Counted from the stretch's first letter, positions 39,563 through 49,779 are shown. The stretch is DNA of 64,000 nucleotides from Candidatus Latescibacterota bacterium (GCA_965116885.1 OZ220741.1:3616001-3680000); one strand, 5' to 3'. Notes: generated by a model not told the origin, from the sequence alone. Numbers and translations are program-made.

Positions 39563-40312
39563 TCAAATTTCAGTTTTTTCCTTCAGGGAGAGAAGTTGAT
39601 CGCGTAGTTCTGCGGCGCGTTCGAAGTCTTCGAGGCCCACGGCTTCGCGGATTTGATCGCGCAGGTCCTGGGACAGGGATTTGGGGCGGTCGCGGCGAAT
39701 CTCGTCTGCCCATTCCTGGAGGAAGGCGATTTCTTCACTTTCGTCAATGAGGTCGTGACGGTCAAATTCTCTGAAGAAGGCTCGGAGTTCGTCAATGCCG
39801 TCGTCAATTTTTGACAGTGCCATATCATAGGCTTCGCGTTCGAGATACATCAGGACTTCGGCCCTTACGCGGTGTCCAATGACAAAGGGGCGATAGTGCT
39901 CAAACGCCATACGGTCTTCCTCGTCTTCTGCGTATTCTTTGACAAAGTCGAAAAGTTCGAGGTTGCGTTCGGCGTCTTTTTTGGCGTTGAGATATTCGCC
40001 TATTTCGAGAAAGCTAATGCGGCGATGATAATATTGGAGGGCTTCCATCTGGAGTTCCATACAGCTTTCAGAATTGAGCGCAAAGTTTTCTGGACCGCGT
40101 TTTTGCGCCAGCGCTTTGTAATAGTGCAAGAGCGATTCATACCCTTCGGGCTGTTGACCGTCGGGGCGACCGGTGACATCCATTTGTAAGATGCCCATTT
40201 CGATGCGGAGTTGAACTTTGGCGCGACCATCATTTCCTCTGATTTTGCGAACACACAATTGCCCGGGTTCACAGGGCCAGTCATCCAGAAGAGGCTGAAT
40301 ATCTTTACTCAT
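39563..40312 (-). CDS. UvrB/UvrC-motif-containing protein
   Basis: QLRIEMGILQM..GRPDG; C-terminal EDFERAAELRDQL. Confidence 0.85.
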   Translation of the reverse strand: MSKDIQPLLDDWPCEPGQLCVRKIRGNDGRAKVQLRIEMGILQMDVTGRPDGQQPEGYESLLHYYKALAQKRGPENFALNSESCMELQMEALQYYHRRISFLEIGEYLNAKKDAERNLELFDFVKEYAEDEEDRMAFEHYRPFVIGHRVRAEVLMYLEREAYDMALSKIDDGIDELRAFFREFDRHDLIDESEEIAFLQEWADEIRRDRPKSLSQDLRDQIREAVGLEDFERAAELRDQLLSLKEKTEI

Positions 40313-40426
40313 CGGTGCGTATCCTCCATTGATAGATTTACTGAGGAAAATAAGCTCGAATGCAGTTTACGGTAATCACTATATGTTGTCAAGAAATTAG
40401 CGGGAAGAGAGGGTGCTCTTCACGCC

Positions 40427-41479
40427 TCATCGTACTTCAGGTATTGACACACTCAGTTCATTTGCTGTTTCGACGGTGTTGTCCCAGGTTTCGTCTTCGA
40501 TAAAGACACCTTCTGCTTCACGTTTGGCGCGCGTGTCGTGTTCGATTTCGCCTGGGAGATAGATTTTATCGACGCCGGGCTGGGTGCGAGAGGACTTGAT
40601 CCAGTCGCAGAGACGGCCAATTTCGTTGAGATAATCGGAGAGGTCGATAAAGCTGTCGATTTTGATGGCGATGGCGATATAGCCACTGCCGCCTCGCGTG
40701 GGTTGTTCCGAACTGCATCCCGCCCATGAGAGGCCGCCCGCGATGGCGTCGATCATCATGCCCAGGCCATATCCCTTGTGGCCCTGAGGCCCGCCCAGAG
40801 GCAGCATTGCCACAGCGTCACCGTTACCTTTGAAGCGATTGGGGTCATTCACGGGATTGCCGTCTGCATCTATGAGCCAGCCTTCGGGTGTTTGCTGCCC
40901 GCGCGCGCGATATACATCGACTTTGCCACCGGCAGACATACTGGTGGTTATGTCGAGCATGAGGGGAGGTCCGTTGGGTGTGGGAGCGCTGAAGGCGATG
41001 GGATTGGGGGGGAGGCGTCGGCTCGTGCCGCCAAAGGGAGCGGTGAAGCGCCCGCCGCCATTGAGCATGAGCAAGCCAATGCAGTTGCGTTCAGCCGCTT
41101 TGGGCGGATAATCGCCCAGGCGACCGATGTGACTGGATCGGTGGACAGCTACGGCGCCGATGGTGTGTTCAAGGGCGCGGTCGGTGGCCATTTGCATGGC
41201 TTTGTGGGCGACGACAATACCGATGGTGCGCTCGGCATCAACGACGGCTGAGACCGGGGTTTCTCGAATAATTTTGAGTTCGCGCACGGGTTTGATGTTG
41301 CCGCTTGTGATGGCGCGAATATAGCCCGGCGTGCGAATAACACCGTGCGAATCGTGCCCGTAGAGGTTGGCATCCACGAGGTGATCGGCTACGATGTGAG
41401 CCTGATCTTCTGGAAATCCCGCAGCGCTGTAGAGTTCGCGTTGCAGGGTTCGAAGATGGGTTGCGTCAATAATGGGCAT
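40427..41479 (-). CDS. Ldh_2 (type 2 malate/L-lactate dehydrogenase) family oxidoreductase
   Basis: GHDSHG, SHIGRLG, NPIAF, HKGYGL, LPGE. Confidence 0.9.
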   Translation of the reverse strand: MPIIDATHLRTLQRELYSAAGFPEDQAHIVADHLVDANLYGHDSHGVIRTPGYIRAITSGNIKPVRELKIIRETPVSAVVDAERTIGIVVAHKAMQMATDRALEHTIGAVAVHRSSHIGRLGDYPPKAAERNCIGLLMLNGGGRFTAPFGGTSRRLPPNPIAFSAPTPNGPPLMLDITTSMSAGGKVDVYRARGQQTPEGWLIDADGNPVNDPNRFKGNGDAVAMLPLGGPQGHKGYGLGMMIDAIAGGLSWAGCSSEQPTRGGSGYIAIAIKIDSFIDLSDYLNEIGRLCDWIKSSRTQPGVDKIYLPGEIEHDTRAKREAEGVFIEDETWDNTVETANELSVSIPEVR

Positions 41480-41526
41480 ATAGTTATGTCCTTTCGAAAA
41501 GGATGAGCGCGTGTGCCGGAATCCGT

Positions 41527-42678
41527 CTATTGGATCGCCTGGCGAACCCAATCGAGCGCGGAGAGCGGCATGATGCCGTAGTTGTAAAAGGCGAATTTGG
41601 TCACGCCCTGTTCTCGGGCCGCTTGTAGATTGGCACAGAGGGTTTTTGCATCGGGGGAGGCTGGGGGATAGGCTTGGAGTCCGACGACGAGTTGGTCTGG
41701 ACTCTGGATAATGGGTAAAAGTTCTGAAACGCGAGTTCTGGTGTGTTGGGGATCGGCAGTATAAGAAAGAATTTCTACACTGTCAGCAATTTGTGCAATG
41801 GCTTTGGGGTTCGATCCCGTGATTGTTGAATCGCCCATCAAGATATAGGAGAGCGGGACATCAACGGACGCTTTGAGTTCGCGCACGAGGGATGTGACAA
41901 TTTCTTCGCGCATGGCGTCAAATGCTTCGAGGTCTGGTATTGTGCTTTTGAGTTCTGTGATCGTTTCTCGAACGGGTTGGCCGGTTTCAAAGGCCGTGCG
42001 GATTTTTGCGGTGACAGTGCTTTGTAGTTTTGCGATATCGATGTTGGCTTCCATTGCTCGATTTTTGCAGCTATCGCAGAAACAAAGTGAAAAGAGGTAG
42101 CGTCCGCCAGCACCCAGGTCAATCCCGTGTTTGGCGTGGTAGTGCAGATGACCCCAACCGGAGTAGGCGAGGGATTCGCATTCGAGGAGGGAGATGCCGT
42201 AGTTGAGCACCAGATCGCGAGAGAGTGCGATGGCAAAGGCGCGCACGTCTGGATTGGCAGGGCAGAGGGCAGATGTGCTGATGTCACCTGTGCAGCGGAC
42301 TTCGGCACATTGGGGATGGGATTGCGCCTGGTAGGAATTGTGAAAAAAGACGGTCCATGAATTGAGATTTATACCAGCGGATGATGCGGCTTTTGATGCT
42401 TCGCCCCACCAGTTTTCATTTTGCATCAAAGGGCTAACATGTGGTTTGATCGCGCCGTAAAGCGATTCCTGTGGTTCGAAATAAATCGCTGATTGTGAGA
42501 CCTCGAGTGTGTTATTGGCGGGTAGATGGGGGCGCAGCATGTCAAAGGTGTGATAAGCCGATGCCAGGTTGATGGCATCGAGTTTAACTTCTTCGCGGAG
42601 TTTGTGGAGAACGGCGTCATAACCTTCGTCGCGTAAATCCCAGGGATAAGTCCACATGGTGGCGTTGAGCGCAGGCAT
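41527..42678 (-). CDS. Hypothetical protein, glycoside-hydrolase-like TIM barrel
   Basis: YPWDL, ASAYH, LCPANP, CFC, FYNYG. Confidence 0.7.
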   Translation of the reverse strand: MPALNATMWTYPWDLRDEGYDAVLHKLREEVKLDAINLASAYHTFDMLRPHLPANNTLEVSQSAIYFEPQESLYGAIKPHVSPLMQNENWWGEASKAASSAGINLNSWTVFFHNSYQAQSHPQCAEVRCTGDISTSALCPANPDVRAFAIALSRDLVLNYGISLLECESLAYSGWGHLHYHAKHGIDLGAGGRYLFSLCFCDSCKNRAMEANIDIAKLQSTVTAKIRTAFETGQPVRETITELKSTIPDLEAFDAMREEIVTSLVRELKASVDVPLSYILMGDSTITGSNPKAIAQIADSVEILSYTADPQHTRTRVSELLPIIQSPDQLVVGLQAYPPASPDAKTLCANLQAAREQGVTKFAFYNYGIMPLSALDWVRQAIQ

Positions 42679-42762
42679 TGGGATGCTCCTTTCTTTGTAT
42701 GAAACATGGTATTTTCATTTTGGATAATTTCAAAGCGATTTTTGGAACGGGTTGAAAGAGGA

Positions 42763-42791
42763 TTGACTTTTTTCCCAAAATATGGTATAAC
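42763..42791 (+). promoter_or_regulatory. sigma70 promoter
   Basis: TTGACT-17 nt-TATAAC with extended -10. Confidence 0.7.
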
Positions 42792-42824
42792 CTGTTTTGT
42801 ATTTAATACAGTTTGGAGGAATGG

Positions 42825-43838
42825 ATGACAAAACTCGGATTGGGTGTGATTGGATGCGGCAATATGGGCGCGAGTCTGGCCAATGGTGCGCGGGACCTGG
42901 ACTGCGCTGAGGTGGTTTGTGTCAGCGATGTGGATAGTGAAAAAGGCCGGGCACTATCTGAGAAAATGGACTGCGATTACGAGGCGGATTACCACACCAT
43001 GCTGGCGCGTGAGGATGTGCAGGCCGTCATGATTGCCACGCCGCCGTTTTTGCATATTGATCCCACAATAGCAGCAGCCCGAGTGGGCGTGCATGTGTTT
43101 TGCGAGAAGCCCATGTCGCCTACGCTGGCGGGGTGTGATGCGATGATCGCCGCGTGTGAGCAAGGTGGGGTTAAGTTGGGTATTGGGCTGGTGTGTCGCT
43201 TTCACCCGGTGCATCGCAAGGTGCGCGATTTGGCTCGCGGGGGCGATTTAGGGATGCCTTTGTGTTTGATGGTGCATCGTCTTGGCGGTGGATGGGGCGG
43301 CGTATGGTCTGCAACATGGCGGGAGTCAAGAGCCAAAAGTGGCGGTACGCTGATGGAAGTGAATGCGCATGAGATCGATTTTATGCGTTTTGTGATGGGC
43401 GATGCGGAATCGGTTTCTGCGGTGGGTGGGCAGTTCGTGCAGATGGAGACGGATTTTCCAGATGTGGCACTCGTGTCCATCCGATTCAAAAACGGTGGGG
43501 TAGGGGTATTGCATTCCAGTCAGGCAAGTGCTATTGGCGGTTATGGCGGTCGGTTGGATTGCGCCAAAGGCTCGGTGGTCTTCCCCTCGTTTTGGGGTGG
43601 TGAAGGTGGCTTGCGCTACAAGCGATACGACGGTGGTGAAACGGCGATTCCCGCGTCGGACTTATCGCAAAATGAGAGTCCGGTAAGCCAGGAGATTCGC
43701 GCGTTTTGCGAAGCGGTGCTCAATGGGGAGGAGCCACCGGTGTCTGGTGCAGATGGTCGGGCAGCCGTGGAGATTGCGTTGGCAGCTTATCGGTCCATTG
43801 AAACGGGTGAAGCGATTGCGCTCCCATTTGAGGAATGA
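42825..43838 (+). CDS. Gfo/Idh/MocA oxidoreductase
   Basis: IGCGNMG, CEKPM, HEID; GGAGG RBS. Confidence 0.92.
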   Translation: MTKLGLGVIGCGNMGASLANGARDLDCAEVVCVSDVDSEKGRALSEKMDCDYEADYHTMLAREDVQAVMIATPPFLHIDPTIAAARVGVHVFCEKPMSPTLAGCDAMIAACEQGGVKLGIGLVCRFHPVHRKVRDLARGGDLGMPLCLMVHRLGGGWGGVWSATWRESRAKSGGTLMEVNAHEIDFMRFVMGDAESVSAVGGQFVQMETDFPDVALVSIRFKNGGVGVLHSSQASAIGGYGGRLDCAKGSVVFPSFWGGEGGLRYKRYDGGETAIPASDLSQNESPVSQEIRAFCEAVLNGEEPPVSGADGRAAVEIALAAYRSIETGEAIALPFEE

Positions 43839-43844
43839 GACATT

Positions 43845-45083
43845 ATGGCGCGAAAATTTGAGATTCCAGAATTTTACAAAAGTCCGATTATTTCACTGGT
43901 TAAAAGAGCGCGACAACTATCGGATCCCAAAAAGCGCGATTTGCAGCCCTCGGTACTGGATTTTGGGCCTGTGCGATTTTTTTTAGCACGGCATTTTGGA
44001 TTTTGCTTTGGCGTGGAGAATGCCATTGAAGTTGCGTATAAGACCCTGGAAACACATTCGGACCGGCGTGTGTTTTTCCTGAGTGAGATGATCCACAACC
44101 CCAATGTGAACGCGGATTTGCAGGATCGCGGCGTGCAGTTTATGTTTACGCCGTCTGGGGAACAGCTCATTCCGTGGGACGCGCTCGTTCCCGAAGATAT
44201 CGTGGTGGTGCCAGCTTTTGGTACAACTGTGGGAACGCAAGAGGAATTGGCCCGGCGGGGAATTGATCCCTATCAGTACAATACCACATGTCCATTTGTC
44301 GAAAAGGTGTGGAAGCGCAGTGCCCAATTGGGCGATGGAGATTATACTGTCATTATTCACGGGAAGACCATACACGAAGAAACGCGGGCGACTTTTTCAC
44401 ACGCGGTTCAAAATGCAGAGGTCGTAGCTGTACTGAATTTGAAAGAGGCGCATATTCTATCAAATATTATTCGGGGCAAACGCGATCTCGGTGCTTTTGA
44501 GCGGTATTTTAGACACAAGTGCTCACAGGGATTTGACCCCAGCATCCATTTGTCGCGTATCGGTGTGGTGAATCAGACGACGATGCTGGCTACTGAAACG
44601 CATAAAATCGCCGGAATTATTCGGCAGGCACTCATAGACCGGTATGGCGCGGAGAATATCGAAGATCATTTTGCGGATACGTCAGATACGCTTTGTTATG
44701 CGACCAACGAAAATCAGAATGCGACATACACGCTTATCGAGCAAGGTGCAGACCTCGCTCTGGTTGTGGGGGGGTACAATTCTTCGAATACGTCGCATAT
44801 TGTGGAATTGTGCGAGGAAGCCATGCCGACGTTTTTTGTGAAGGATGCCGAGGAGTTGATTTCAGAACGCGAAATTCGGCACTATTGTCTCAAGACGCAC
44901 GGGGTGGAGATTGCCGAGAATTGGTTGCCCGATAAAAGCCCTGTGGATATCGCATTGACATGTGGTGCCTCGTGTCCCGACGCCGTGGTGGATGGTGTAC
45001 TGTTGCGCGTGTTGTCTTTTTTTCCCGAAGCACGGAATGTAAATGATGCGCTGGCGTCGTACAGGGCGATGGAGCCTGTGTAA
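43845..45083 (+). CDS. ispH: 4-hydroxy-3-methylbut-2-enyl diphosphate reductase
   Basis: GFCFGV, IHNP, TTCPFV, NQTT, TLCYAT, SSNT. Confidence 0.95.
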   Translation: MARKFEIPEFYKSPIISLVKRARQLSDPKKRDLQPSVLDFGPVRFFLARHFGFCFGVENAIEVAYKTLETHSDRRVFFLSEMIHNPNVNADLQDRGVQFMFTPSGEQLIPWDALVPEDIVVVPAFGTTVGTQEELARRGIDPYQYNTTCPFVEKVWKRSAQLGDGDYTVIIHGKTIHEETRATFSHAVQNAEVVAVLNLKEAHILSNIIRGKRDLGAFERYFRHKCSQGFDPSIHLSRIGVVNQTTMLATETHKIAGIIRQALIDRYGAENIEDHFADTSDTLCYATNENQNATYTLIEQGADLALVVGGYNSSNTSHIVELCEEAMPTFFVKDAEELISEREIRHYCLKTHGVEIAENWLPDKSPVDIALTCGASCPDAVVDGVLLRVLSFFPEARNVNDALASYRAMEPV

Positions 45084-45090
45084 TACGGAG

Positions 45091-45507
45091 TTACTCTCCT
45101 CCTAATACTTCGAGTAGCCTGCGAACTTTTTCCAGTGACTCCTTTGTTCGCAAGCGCAGTAGTGCAAAAAGCGCGGCTTTTCCGTCTTCAGAAGACAGTA
45201 AAATATTCAGTTCTCTGAGTTGTTCTGTTGTGAGTGTGTTAATCCGGTCGCTTACAATACTGCTCAACTCGAGATCGCGCTCTTGCGGATAAACGATCGT
45301 TGTTTTGGGATTTGCACCCAAAAGGACATCCGGCGAGACGCCCAAAGCAGTAGCAATAGCGACCAGGGTATCGGTTCGAGGCACTTTTGTCTCTGCTTCA
45401 ATGCGAGATACTGTCGCCTGGTCAATATTGGCCGCATTGGCGAGGTCGAGTTGGGACCAGTTTTTTGCGTGCCGTAATTCCCTTATTTTTCGCCCAGTTA
45501 CAATCAT
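45091..45507 (-). CDS. XRE-family HTH transcriptional regulator
   Basis: IRELRHAKNWSQLDLA...QATVSRIE; start uncertain (frame open to 45555). Confidence 0.85.
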   Translation of the reverse strand: MIVTGRKIRELRHAKNWSQLDLANAANIDQATVSRIEAETKVPRTDTLVAIATALGVSPDVLLGANPKTTIVYPQERDLELSSIVSDRINTLTTEQLRELNILLSSEDGKAALFALLRLRTKESLEKVRRLLEVLGGE

Positions 45508-45619
45508 AAATGAAAAATAAGGTAATTTTATGGGTTTATTTATGTTCATGGGCATATATTGCGATTAAAAATATGTATTTATACATATTACACGTTTGTA
45601 TTTTTGGATTGGATTCGCT

Positions 45620-46420
45620 ATGAGAAAAATGTATTGGACAGACCTGGGAACTTCTAAGATTCAGTGTGCAAATACAGACGGTTCAGATGTCAAAGATCTC
45701 GTTGCTACTGGATTGCGTATTCCAAATAGCATCGCCGTGGATGAGGACGAGGGGAAGATGTACTGGACGGACGCTGGAACTTCTAAAATTCAGCGTGCAA
45801 ATCTGGATGGTTCAGATGTCGAGGACCTGATTACTACCGATGTGTATCTTCCAGGTGGAATGACGGTGCATGAAAAGAAAAGAAAAATATATTGGACAGA
45901 GGCGGCCTGGGGAGAGACCGTGGAGTGCAAAGTGCACAGAGCGAACCTGAATGGCTCTCATATCGAAACCCTCGTTTTCACCAAATTGAGTATTCCCAAC
46001 GGTATCGTCCTGGATCTGGACATGGGTAAGATATACTGGACAGACTTAACTAAAATCCAGCGTGCGAACCTGGATGGTTCTCATGTTGAAACTCTCCTTT
46101 TTCCCGAATTATTGCCATTGGGGATTGCCTTAGACGTGGGTGAAGGGAAGATGTACTGGACGAACTATAAGGGTGCTGGCGTGTCTAAAATTCAACGAGC
46201 GAACCTGGATGGCTCCGATGTTGAAGATCTCGTTACCACGGGATTAGACCGCCCATCGGGGATTGCTCTGGATGTGGTGGAAGGGAAGATGTACTGGGGA
46301 GACTATGACAACTATCGCAGGGCTAAAATTCAATGTGCGAATTTAGATGGTTCAGATGTTGAAGATCTCGTTACTATGGGATTGGAGCGCCCATCGGGGA
46401 TTACTTTGTGTTGCTTCTAA
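45620..46420 (+). CDS. LDL-receptor class B (YWTD) six-repeat beta-propeller protein
   Basis: Six K[MI]YW[TG][DEN]...ANLDGS-type repeats. Confidence 0.88.
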   Translation: MRKMYWTDLGTSKIQCANTDGSDVKDLVATGLRIPNSIAVDEDEGKMYWTDAGTSKIQRANLDGSDVEDLITTDVYLPGGMTVHEKKRKIYWTEAAWGETVECKVHRANLNGSHIETLVFTKLSIPNGIVLDLDMGKIYWTDLTKIQRANLDGSHVETLLFPELLPLGIALDVGEGKMYWTNYKGAGVSKIQRANLDGSDVEDLVTTGLDRPSGIALDVVEGKMYWGDYDNYRRAKIQCANLDGSDVEDLVTMGLERPSGITLCCF

Positions 46421-46440
46421 TATCTCTACTTTTTCATGGG

Positions 46441-46469
46441 TTGACTTTCACCTTTGCATGGGCTATATT
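46441..46469 (+). promoter_or_regulatory. sigma70 promoter
   Basis: TTGACT-17 nt-TATATT. Confidence 0.7.
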
Positions 46470-46497
46470 GGAACCACACAAGAAAGGAGGTGGTCGA

Positions 46498-46533
46498 ATG
46501 AGTGAAATGACCAGTGGAGGTGGCTGTCGTTAG
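46498..46533 (+). CDS. Putative 11-aa leader peptide MSEMTSGGGCR
   Basis: Strong RBS AAGGAGGT; follows a promoter; its 3' end overlaps predicted stems. Confidence 0.5.
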   Translation: MSEMTSGGGCR

Positions 46534-46671
46534 GTGCGCCTCTGCCAGGAGCGGGTGTAGCATCTCGAATGGTAGCGCACCTGGCAATCCAAGACAGCCA
46601 TCGAACGGCTTGTTATCTGCCACATTGGCGATTTTTTAACAGTCGCGAGGCAGAAACTTCCGTCAGACGAT

Positions 46672-46724
46672 GCGCCGCACGGAGATGGGTCGGTTTTCCG
46701 ACACCCGACGTGCGGTGCTTTTTT
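46672..46724 (+). terminator. Intrinsic terminator
   Basis: GCGCCGCACG/CGTGCGGTGC stem plus inner stem, followed by T6. Confidence 0.75.
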
Positions 46725-46840
46725 GTGGGTTTCTAACTTGACAAAATTGGATTATACTGTACCTTCAAAGGCTCAAAGATTCCAAAATTAGGAGAGGAGG
46801 TGAGCGAGTTGCGCCGTAACCATGCGGCGCGATTGAGACG

Positions 46841-47272
46841 ATGATGACACCGAGTGCCAAAAAAGGTGATGTTGAACACACCTGGTATGTCGCCGATGCA
46901 GAAGGCAAGATACTGGGGCGATTTGCCAGTGGCGTTGCCCGAATTTTGCGCGGCAAACACAAGCCTTTTTATACCCCCCATGTTGATACGGGGGATCATG
47001 TGGTTATTGTAAATGCCGAAAAAATTCAGGTGAAGGGCAATAACAAAGCCCAACAGAAGGTTTATACGAGCTATAGTGGGTATCCCAGCGGGCTTAAGAA
47101 GCAAACGCTGGAAGACGCGCTGGAAAAGCGCCCCGCATTTGTACTCGAGCACGCGATTCGGGGCATGTTGCCCCACAACAAGTTGGGGCGGCAGATGATC
47201 AAAAAGGTCCGTATTTACGCCGGACCAGAGCACCCACACCAGGCTCAGTCTCCTGAGCCTATTGATTTATAG
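46841..47272 (+). CDS. rplM: 50S ribosomal protein L13
   Basis: WYVADA, LRGKHKP.YTPHVDTGD, HPHQAQ. Confidence 0.98.
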   Translation: MMTPSAKKGDVEHTWYVADAEGKILGRFASGVARILRGKHKPFYTPHVDTGDHVVIVNAEKIQVKGNNKAQQKVYTSYSGYPSGLKKQTLEDALEKRPAFVLEHAIRGMLPHNKLGRQMIKKVRIYAGPEHPHQAQSPEPIDL

Positions 47273-47285
47273 AGGAGGTGATTAT

Positions 47286-47681
47286 TTGGCAGTTGAACCA
47301 CTGAGTTCTGCTACGGGGCGTCGTAAAACATCAACGGCGCATGTGAAACTTTTCCCCGGGACGGGATCGATTACTATCAATGGGCTTTCCGCGCTTGATT
47401 ATCTCAAACGGGAGACATTGGTGATGATTATCGAACAGCCCTTAGATATGACCGAGACCCGGGGGACTTATGATATTGTTGCCAAAGCAAAGGGGGGCGG
47501 TTTGACCGGCCAGGCCGGCGCCGTGCGATTGGGTATTGCGCGCAGTTTGCAAAGCGTGAATACGAGCAATCACAAACCCCTGCGTCAGGCGGGCTTGCTC
47601 ACGCGCGATCCGCGCAAAGTGGAACGAAAAAAACCCGGGCAACCCGGCGCGCGCAAAAAATTCCAGTTTTCCAAGCGTTAG
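47286..47681 (+). CDS. rpsI: 30S ribosomal protein S9
   Basis: TGRRK, GGGLTGQ, QFSKR; TTG start after GGAGGTG. Confidence 0.97.
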   Translation: MAVEPLSSATGRRKTSTAHVKLFPGTGSITINGLSALDYLKRETLVMIIEQPLDMTETRGTYDIVAKAKGGGLTGQAGAVRLGIARSLQSVNTSNHKPLRQAGLLTRDPRKVERKKPGQPGARKKFQFSKR

Positions 47682-47702
47682 ACCAGAGTATTTTCTCTGG
47701 AT

Positions 47703-47776
47703 ATCACATGTATCCTGATTGCTTCACGGGTGCCAGATGGCAATGCGGCAATATGAGGGATGCAGAGGACAAACCC
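47703..47776 (+). promoter_or_regulatory. rpsB leader (t44/S2 autoregulatory-like RNA)
   Basis: CAC, TGTATCCT/GGGATGCA stem, GGGTG and GAGGxxAAACCC directly upstream of rpsB. Confidence 0.6.
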
Positions 47777-47793
47777 AAAGTGCAGGAGGTGAC

Positions 47794-48552
47794 ATGGCTG
47801 TTGTTTCAATGAGGCAACTGCTCGAATCTGGGGTTCACTTCGGGCATCAAACCCGGCGGTGGAATCCAAAGATGCAGAAGTACATTTTTACAGAACGCAA
47901 TGGTATTTATATTGTCGATTTGCAAAAGACGCAGGCGCAAATCGAAGCGGCATATCAAGCTGTGCGCAAGGCTGCTGAAACGGGCCAGCCGATTCTTTTT
48001 GTCGGCACCAAAAAACAGGCCAAAGACATCATTGTAAATGCTGCGGAACGCTGCGATATGTTTTATGTCAACAACCGCTGGTTGGGGGGCATGCTGACGA
48101 ATTTTCAAACGATTCGGCAGAGCATTCGCCGCCTGGACACGTTGGATAAAATGGCTGGCGATGGCACATATGAGCAGTTGACCAAAAAGGAAGTATTGCG
48201 CTTGGAACGCGAGCGCGATAAGTTGCAAAAATCCCTGGGTGGGATCCGCAGTATGGGACGTTTGCCAGCACTCGTATTTGTCGTGGATACTAAAAAGGAA
48301 AAAATCGCAGTTGCCGAGGCGCGTCGCCTGGAAATACCTCTTGTGGCAATTGTCGATACCAACTGCGATCCGGATGAAGTTGACCATCCAATTCCCGGCA
48401 ACGATGATGCGATGCGGTCAATTGCACTGATTACAGATTTGATGGCCGAGGCAGTGGTCGAAGGTACAACGGTTCGACAGGATGACGAAGAAGATGGCCC
48501 TGCCCCAGATGCGGGCCCTGAGATTACAGAAATCGATCCCAGCAATAATTGA
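47794..48552 (+). CDS. rpsB: 30S ribosomal protein S2
   Basis: [29 protein letters not shown]. Confidence 0.98.
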   Translation: MAVVSMRQLLESGVHFGHQTRRWNPKMQKYIFTERNGIYIVDLQKTQAQIEAAYQAVRKAAETGQPILFVGTKKQAKDIIVNAAERCDMFYVNNRWLGGMLTNFQTIRQSIRRLDTLDKMAGDGTYEQLTKKEVLRLERERDKLQKSLGGIRSMGRLPALVFVVDTKKEKIAVAEARRLEIPLVAIVDTNCDPDEVDHPIPGNDDAMRSIALITDLMAEAVVEGTTVRQDDEEDGPAPDAGPEITEIDPSNN

Positions 48553-48568
48553 TGAGACGGAGACTGAA

Positions 48569-49168
48569 ATGGCTATTTCTGCAAAAATGGTTCAGGAGTT
48601 ACGTGCCAGAACCAATGTGGGCATGATGGATTGTAAACGGGCGCTCGAAGAAGCCGATGGCGTTATGGATAAGGCTGTTGAGTTATTGCGCAAACGGGGT
48701 ATTGCCAAAGCTGAGAGCAGAGCGGGTCGTCAGGCTAAAGAAGGGGCGATTGCGTCTTATATCCATGCGGGAAGCCAGTTGGGGGTTTTGCTCGAGATCA
48801 ATAGCGAGACCGACTTTGTAGCGCGTACCGATGAGTTCCAGACGTTTTCAAAAGATGTGGCTATGCACATCGCCGCCGCTGCGCCTCTTGTTGTGAATCG
48901 CGAGGATGTAAATGCCGAAATGCTGGAAAGAGAAAAGAATATTTATCGCGATCAGGCACTCAGCGAAGGCAAACCAGAGCACATCGTGGATCGGATTGTG
49001 GAAGGCCGCATGGAAAAATATTATCAAGAAGTGGTCTTAATGGAACAGGCTTTTGTCAAAGATCCAGACAAAACTATTCAAGATCTACACTCAGATTTGG
49101 TGGCCCAGTGCGGAGAAAATATCACCATCCGCCGATTCGCCCGTTTTGTCCTGGGTGAAGAGAGTTAA
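48569..49168 (+). CDS. tsf: Elongation factor Ts (short form)
   Basis: GMMDCKRAL, ETDFVA; 199 aa. Confidence 0.97.
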   Translation: MAISAKMVQELRARTNVGMMDCKRALEEADGVMDKAVELLRKRGIAKAESRAGRQAKEGAIASYIHAGSQLGVLLEINSETDFVARTDEFQTFSKDVAMHIAAAAPLVVNREDVNAEMLEREKNIYRDQALSEGKPEHIVDRIVEGRMEKYYQEVVLMEQAFVKDPDKTIQDLHSDLVAQCGENITIRRFARFVLGEES

Positions 49169-49197
49169 GCATCTATATTGCCCAGAGGAGGTGCGCC

Positions 49198-49755
49198 GTG
49201 ATTGATGAGATTATGGCTGAAGCGCGAGAGGCCATGCAAAAGTCTGTTACAGCCCTGCAAAATGAGATGGGGGCAGTACGCACCGGGCGTGCCAATGCAC
49301 ATTTGCTGGATCAAATTCGGGTCGAGTATTACGGTGCACAGGTGCCGATTAATCAGGTCGCCACGGTGGGTGTGCCAGAACCGCGTTTGATCGCGATTCA
49401 ACCCTGGGATAAGTCGGCGATTCCGCTGATTGAAAAGGCAATTTTGGAGTCGAATTTGGGATTGACGCCGGCCAACGACGGTACGATTATTCGGTTGCCC
49501 ATTCCGCAATTGACGGAAGACCGCAGGCGAGAGTTGGTGCGGGTAGTGAAGCAATATGCCGAAGAAAGCCGCATTTCGATTCGCAATACTCGTCGCGATG
49601 CCAATGAACTCATTCGCGATGCACAAAAAGAAGGTGAGATTCCCGAAGACGATGCCAGGCGCACAACAGAACGCGTGCAGGATTTGACCGACGAGTTTGT
49701 CGCAAAAATTGATGACGTATTAGCAGAAAAAGAAGAAGAAATTATGGAAATTTGA
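49198..49755 (+). CDS. frr: Ribosome recycling factor
   Basis: RTGRAN, LTEDRR, IRNTRRD. Confidence 0.97.
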   Translation: MIDEIMAEAREAMQKSVTALQNEMGAVRTGRANAHLLDQIRVEYYGAQVPINQVATVGVPEPRLIAIQPWDKSAIPLIEKAILESNLGLTPANDGTIIRLPIPQLTEDRRRELVRVVKQYAEESRISIRNTRRDANELIRDAQKEGEIPEDDARRTTERVQDLTDEFVAKIDDVLAEKEEEIMEI

Positions 49756-49779
49756 TGCGGAGCAAGATCTGCTGAATTG

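Noticed and set aside
46476..46724. tmRNA, SRP RNA, RNase P RNA or tRNA
   Set aside because: Lacks tRNA-like ends and the conserved SRP and RNase P motifs; kept only as an unknown leader or sRNA.
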